DNA of 64,000 nucleotides from an uncultured Acidobacteriota bacterium. Its GTDB lineage: Bacteria; Acidobacteriota; JAQAZP01. This document shows, piece after piece, positions 59,241-64,000 of this stretch; position 1 is the stretch's first letter, and the number at the start of each line of letters is the position of its first letter. Position numbers and translations under genes: made by a program. The stretch spans positions 64,001-128,000 of the forward strand of contig CAWIIB010000008.1 in the NCBI GenBank assembly GCA_963836075.1, in the 5' to 3' direction. The notes under the pieces were generated by a model that saw nothing but the letters and a program-made list of their open reading frames with translations, was not told where the DNA came from and searched no databases.

Positions 59241-60632
59241 TCAGAGATAGCCAAGATCGGCCAGCCGGCGGCTCACCTCTTCGTCCTCGTGGAACGCCTT
59301 GCCCGAATCGCCGCCCCCCAGGCGGGCCGCCTCTTTTTCCGCCAGCTCCAGGTGGTCCTTCACCCGCCGGCGCAGCGGCTCTGCCTGCTCCGGCCGCTGG
59401 GCAATGACGTTCACCTTCTCGGCCGGGTCGATCTCCAGGTGGTAGAGCTCCTCCCGGCCGCCCTCCTCGTCGAAGATATACTTCCAGCCCTGGTGGCGGC
59501 AGGAGACGGTGCGGTAGACCTCGGGGGCCGACCCCCGCCGCTGGCGTCCGCCGGCGTGGGTTGCCGCTGAGATGACCGCATCCCCCCGGTCCCCCCCACC
59601 GTCCATCCGTTCACGGACACTGCGGCCCTGGAAGGCGGCCGGGGCTTCCACACCCAGCAGGTCCAGCAGGGTGGGGGCGAGGTGGATCAGGCCGGTCTGG
59701 GCCTCCACCGTCCTGCTCGCACCGGCACCGGCAAGGATCAGCGGGACACGCAGCAGCTCGTCGTAGAGCTGGGGGCCGTGGGTGAAGCTGCCGTGTTCGC
59801 CGAACATCTCGCCATGGTCGGCGGTGACGGCCACCAGGGTATGTCCTTCCAGCCCCCGTTCTTTCAGGCCTTGCACCAGCCGGCCGATCATCCGGTCCAT
59901 CCGCTCCACCCGCTGTTGGTACAGCTCGCGCATCAGCCGCAGGGGGCGCCGGCGGGCGCCGATCAGCAGACCGGTGATGGCGCCGAGATACTGCAGCCGT
60001 TGACCGGGACCCGGCTTTTCCAGCGGCAGGTAGGGGTAGTGCACGTCCATGTAGTGCAGCCAGGCGAAGAAGGGGCGTTCCCGGTCCTCGTCGATCCAGT
60101 CCAGTGCCCGGCGGGTGGCCGTCTCGCCCTTGAGGAAGGGGGCGCCGCCCCGCTGGAACATGGCCTGGAAGAAGAGCAGCAGGGCCAGGCTGCGCCGGCC
60201 GACGGCGTCCTGTATCGCCTTCTTCAGCCGCTTGATCGCAGTCGGTTTGTCTGTTCTCGCCGCCGCCGGCGGCCTGCCAGAAGTCGTCGTAGCGCTCGAA
60301 GCCCCGGGCGTAGCCGCACTGCTCCGAGAGGTAGGGGTTGTCGAGGTTGAAGCCGGCGGTGCGGCGGCCCGCCGCGGCCAGGGCCTCGGCCAGGGTGGCC
60401 GCCCCCGGGGGCAGGCCGGTCTCGCCGCTGACCAGCGGGTGGAGCGAGCAGAGGATGGCCGGGAAGGCCGAGGGTGTGCGGGGCCCGTTGGAGACGGCAT
60501 CGGTGAACAGCACGCCTTCGGCGGCCAGCCGGTCGAGGCAGGGGGAGGGCCCGCCGCCGGACTGCAGGCAGCCCAGGGCGTCGTGCCGCAGGGAATCGAT
60601 GGTGACCAGCACCAGGTTCATCGGTTGCGCCA
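59241..60632 (-). CDS. Sulfatase-like alkaline-phosphatase-superfamily protein; frameshift near 60250
   Basis: Motifs LVTIDSLR.D, GPRTPSAF, HYMDVHYPY, TADHGE, LYDELLRVPL, ELY.L..DP.E and RL..LGYL. Confidence 0.85.
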
Positions 60633-61719
60633 TCTGCCCTTCCCCGCGGCCCGTCCGGCCAGTTTGAGAATGTCCTTTTCCAGCTCCATCCTGGTCAGGG
60701 TGTAGGGCGGGCAGTGCCGGCACTCGGCCCGCAGCAGTTTGTCCCGGCGGTAGCCGAGGTTCTCCCGGCTGTAGAAAAGCCGGTGGGCCGGGGTTCTGGC
60801 CGCGTTGCCGATCCCCTTGCTGTGCGAGCAGTAGTAGAGGGTGCCGTCGAGGCCCAGCAGCACCCCGGCGAAAGCGTAGTAGCAGGAGAGGGTGCGCTCC
60901 CGGCCCTCCTCGAGCATGCGCAGGATCTCGTCGTACTTCAGTGCCGAGGGGTTGGCGGCGGAGAACTCGGCCGCCAGGCCGCGGATAAACCCGGTGAGTT
61001 TTTCCCGGTCCTCGTCGCCGAGGAACCGCTGGCGGCAGTCCTGGTTGTGAAAGCGCTCGCGCTCCTCGCCCAGCACGAAGGAGAGCGGCAGCTCCTGTTC
61101 CCGGGCCCAGCGCAGCAGCTCCGGCGCCTGCCCCAGGTTGTCGCGCAGCAGGACGCAGTTCAGCGAGCAGCTGAGCTGCCCCCGGCCGCGCCGCTGCTTG
61201 AGCATCTCCAGCGTGGCGCAGGCCTTGTCAAAGGCGTGCTCCACCCCGTAGATCTCGTCCAGGATTTTATCGGCGCCGTGGAAGGAGACCGACACGTCCA
61301 GCAGCACCCCGCGGTGCCCCAGCAGGCTGGTGATCGTCTCCAGCATGCCGGTCAATCCGCTCGGTGAGCAGGCCGTTGGTGGTGATGCTGACCCGCTTCA
61401 GCCCGGGGTTGTTGCTGACGAAGATACCGACGAGCTCCATCAGGTCGGTGCGCAGGAACGGCTCGCCGCCGCTGATCCCCACATACTGCAGTTTGGAGAA
61501 GAGCCGGTCGCTGAGCAGGCGGCGCCACTGCTCGAGGTTCAGCTCGCTGTCCGCCGCGGCCCGGTCCTCCCACAGCCCGCACATCACACACCGGGCGTTG
61601 CAGCGGTGGGTGGGGATCAGGTGCAGCATGCGGGGCAGGAAGGGCTTGCCCCGCAGCGGCTGCAGCAGGTTGTAGCGGGTCCAGGTGGCGACGAGTTCGG
61701 GCAGCAACGACAGTCTCAT
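60618..61719 (-). CDS. Radical SAM protein with SPASM/Twitch-like C-terminus; frameshift near 61350
   Basis: Motifs CNARCVMC, SGGEPFLR, TNG and CY...DG.LYYC...CRHC. Confidence 0.85.
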
Positions 61720-63200
61720 GGTGCTCCGGCGGCGGCCGCCCCCTTTCCCCGCAGCCGGCTCAACAACCGGTGCAGCCGGGACCGGCGCCAGAGGATGGCC
61801 AGGCCGGTGGACGCCGGCAGGGCCCGGAAGTGGATGCCGAAACTGACCGAGAGCTTGTAGACCAGGTTGAACAGCCGGTTGGAGGGCAGCTTGACCAAGC
61901 GGCGGGTCAGCGGGGCCAGCCAGGGCAGCAGCACGGTGAGCGGGAAGAGCTTGTGCAGGTTCTCCTGCAGCTTTTTCTCATCGGGGTCTTCATACTTCAG
62001 CGGCGCTTCCAGACCAAAGCCGAAGGACGACTCCATGGCCTGCAGGTCCTCGTCGTCCACCATGCCCAGTTCCACCGCGTAGGTGTGGATGTCGGTGCGG
62101 GGGTAGGGCTGGAGCACGGCCACCGAGGCGAAGTGCGGCCGGCACTGGAGGTTCAGCTCCAGGGTCTCCCAGTCGGCCTCGAACGACCCGCCGGGGATGG
62201 CCAGGATGTTGGCGGTGACCAGCTTGATCCCCGCCCCGGTGATGGTGCGGGCGGCGTCGATGATCTCCTGCCGCGACATGTTGCGCTTGAGGATCTCGTT
62301 GCGCACCCGGTCGTTGCCCGCCTCCAGGCCCATGGTCATGCGGTGGCAGCCGGCCGCGCGCAGCAGCTGCACCGTCTCCCCGGTGACGTAGTTGGCCCGC
62401 ACCAGGCAGGAGAAGGGCAGGCCGATCTGCTCGCGGTATTTTTCGGCGAACTCCCGGGTCCACTCCGGGTGGAGAATGAACAGGTCGTCCATGAAGCGGA
62501 TAAAGGTGTAGCCGCCGGCCTTGACCTGCCGCAGTTCCTCCATCACGTGGTCCACGCCGCGGCGGCGGATGAATTTGCCCTTGCCGCGGTAGATCTGGCG
62601 GTAGAGGTGGTTGTAGCAGTAGGTGCACTTGTAGGGGCAGCCCCGGCTGGTGATCACGATGGCCTGGGCCAGGCTGGCGGGCATGGCCCGGCGGAAGATG
62701 TCGTGGTCGGGCAGCGGCAGCTGGTCCAGGTCCTCCAGCAGCGGGCGCACCGGGTTCTTGTGCAGTGTGCCGTTCTCCCGCACCCACCAGTTCAGCAGGC
62801 CGCTCACCGGCTCCCCGCCGGCCCGGGCGCGGGCCATCTCCAGCATGGGGTACTCCCCCTCGCCGATGCAGACCCCGTCCACCCCCTCCTGCTCGATGAT
62901 CTCGGGGAAGAAGGTGGGGTGGGGGCCGCCAAAGACCGACCAGGCGGAGGGGTGGTCCCGCTTCACCGCGCGGTTCACCTCCAGGTAGTGCCGGATGTAG
63001 GCGGTGGAGGCGCTGAAGGCGAGGATGGTGGGTGCGCCGTCGGCCAGGGTGGCGGACAGCGTGCCGGCGTCCGCCGGCACCACCCGGGTCTCGAACCCGT
63101 GCTGCCGCAGCAGGGCGGAGATGACCATCACCCCGGGGTACTGGTTGTACTCCTTCTCCAGGTTGTGCACCGGCCAGAGAATGCGCATCAATCGGGTCAT
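61716..63200 (-). CDS. B12-binding-domain radical SAM protein
   Basis: Motifs GGPHPTF, GEGE, DLDQLPLPD, SRGCPYKCTYC, DDLF and G.EAG. Confidence 0.9.
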   Translation of the reverse strand: MTRLMRILWPVHNLEKEYNQYPGVMVISALLRQHGFETRVVPADAGTLSATLADGAPTILAFSASTAYIRHYLEVNRAVKRDHPSAWSVFGGPHPTFFPEIIEQEGVDGVCIGEGEYPMLEMARARAGGEPVSGLLNWWVRENGTLHKNPVRPLLEDLDQLPLPDHDIFRRAMPASLAQAIVITSRGCPYKCTYCYNHLYRQIYRGKGKFIRRRGVDHVMEELRQVKAGGYTFIRFMDDLFILHPEWTREFAEKYREQIGLPFSCLVRANYVTGETVQLLRAAGCHRMTMGLEAGNDRVRNEILKRNMSRQEIIDAARTITGAGIKLVTANILAIPGGSFEADWETLELNLQCRPHFASVAVLQPYPRTDIHTYAVELGMVDDEDLQAMESSFGFGLEAPLKYEDPDEKKLQENLHKLFPLTVLLPWLAPLTRRLVKLPSNRLFNLVYKLSVSFGIHFRALPASTGLAILWRRSRLHRLLSRLRGKGAAAAGAP

Positions 63201-64000
63201 CCTCGCTTTTCCAGCACCGCGGTGACCCTGGTCACCAGGCGCTCCCGGAGATACCAGTTCTGCCCGGGCCGGGGAAAGACCCAGCGGGGCACGTGCTCCC
63301 GGACCAGTGCCGGCGTGAAGGGGGAGGCATCCACCAGGGCGTTGAACCGCCTGATGGTCATTCTATTCAATTGCCGCAGCTGGGCAACCGTGCGGGCCGC
63401 TTCCACCTCCGCCAGCTTTTGCGCAGTGATCAGCCCGCCGCCGTCACCGGCCGCGGCGCGGAACCCCTCCTTCCAGACCTCCAGCAGCGGTTCGTCGGTG
63501 AAGAAACGCTGGGCCCAGGGGATGGTGACATAGGCGAAGAGATGGGCGCCCCAGGCAGAGCCGAAGGGCGGAAAGACCAGCTGCATCGTCCCGCCTGGTT
63601 CCAGCAGCCGCCAGCATTCCAGCATGGCCTCCGCCGGCCGCTCCAGGTGCTCGAAGGCGTCGTTGAGCAGCGCCAGCTGGAACCGGCCGTCCTCCAGACC
63701 ATCCAGCCGGCCGGCATCCCGCACCAGGAAGGTGGTGTTGTAGGCTTTCCTGTCCTCGGCGAACTCCGCGGCCCGCTCCACCCGCTCGGGGTCCTGGTCC
63801 ACCGCCACCACCTCTCTCGCCCCGTTGAGGGCATACCAGACTGATTTTCCGCCCAGGCCGCAGCCCAGGTCGAGAACCCGTTTTTTGCGAATGTCGTGGT
63901 GTGGAGCGAACTGCTGCAGTGACTCGCCGGCCGTTTCGAACTCCCAGCGGGCGTAGGCCAGGTGGTCCCTCCGCGCGCCCAGGGACGGGGCGCCGGCCCG
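63197..64000 (-). CDS. Class I SAM-dependent methyltransferase, 5' partial
   Basis: Motif I VLDLGCGLGGK near 63850-63880; DAFEH, LEPGG and FPPF.S.WGAHL; the frame runs off the window end. Confidence 0.85.
   Translation of the reverse strand, partial: RAGAPSLGARRDHLAYARWEFETAGESLQQFAPHHDIRKKRVLDLGCGLGGKSVWYALNGAREVVAVDQDPERVERAAEFAEDRKAYNTTFLVRDAGRLDGLEDGRFQLALLNDAFEHLERPAEAMLECWRLLEPGGTMQLVFPPFGSAWGAHLFAYVTIPWAQRFFTDEPLLEVWKEGFRAAAGDGGGLITAQKLAEVEAARTVAQLRQLNRMTIRRFNALVDASPFTPALVREHVPRWVFPRPGQNWYLRERLVTRVTAVLEKRG

Overview
GC-rich bacterial chromosomal segment from a Gram-negative (diderm) organism. The duplicated MacB-type ABC permease, the Phe-terminated porin and the large secreted proteins suggest Acidobacteriota, but that is inference. 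No rRNA, tRNA, CRISPR array or intact transposase was seen. Four zones are visible. (1) About 3.3-31.6 kb is a patchwork general/osmotic stress island: Fe-SOD, ferritin-like protein, six-BON protein, ChaB, CsbD, two USPs, two phasin-like proteins, an RCK_C K+-channel-like protein, PLD-VTT plus EEP, CopA, an AIF-like oxidoreductase, a NarL-type two-component system, a CBS protein, an ABC1 kinase and a DacZ-type diadenylate cyclase. It carries several truncated gene stubs and a recurring 15-bp palindrome (TCRGG-N5-CCYKA) in its promoter regions. (2) About 34.3-42.5 kb is a CapA / PlsC acyltransferase / FeeM-LuxI-like GNAT / MMPL cluster facing a 982-aa secreted protein, a candidate aminolipid synthesis and export unit. 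(3) About 45-52.4 kb is a sigma54-driven HlyD-ABC-permease exporter with its own NtrC/HK pair. (4) About 53-64 kb is a radical-SAM-rich surface-glycan tailoring cluster, interrupted by a small insert carrying a toxin-antitoxin pair. The most striking feature there is an ORF joining a CapK/PaaK-like adenylating domain to a ThiH/HydG/NosL-type radical SAM lyase. Many genes carry single frameshifts, most likely long-read assembly indels, so fusion and pseudogene calls need read-level checking.
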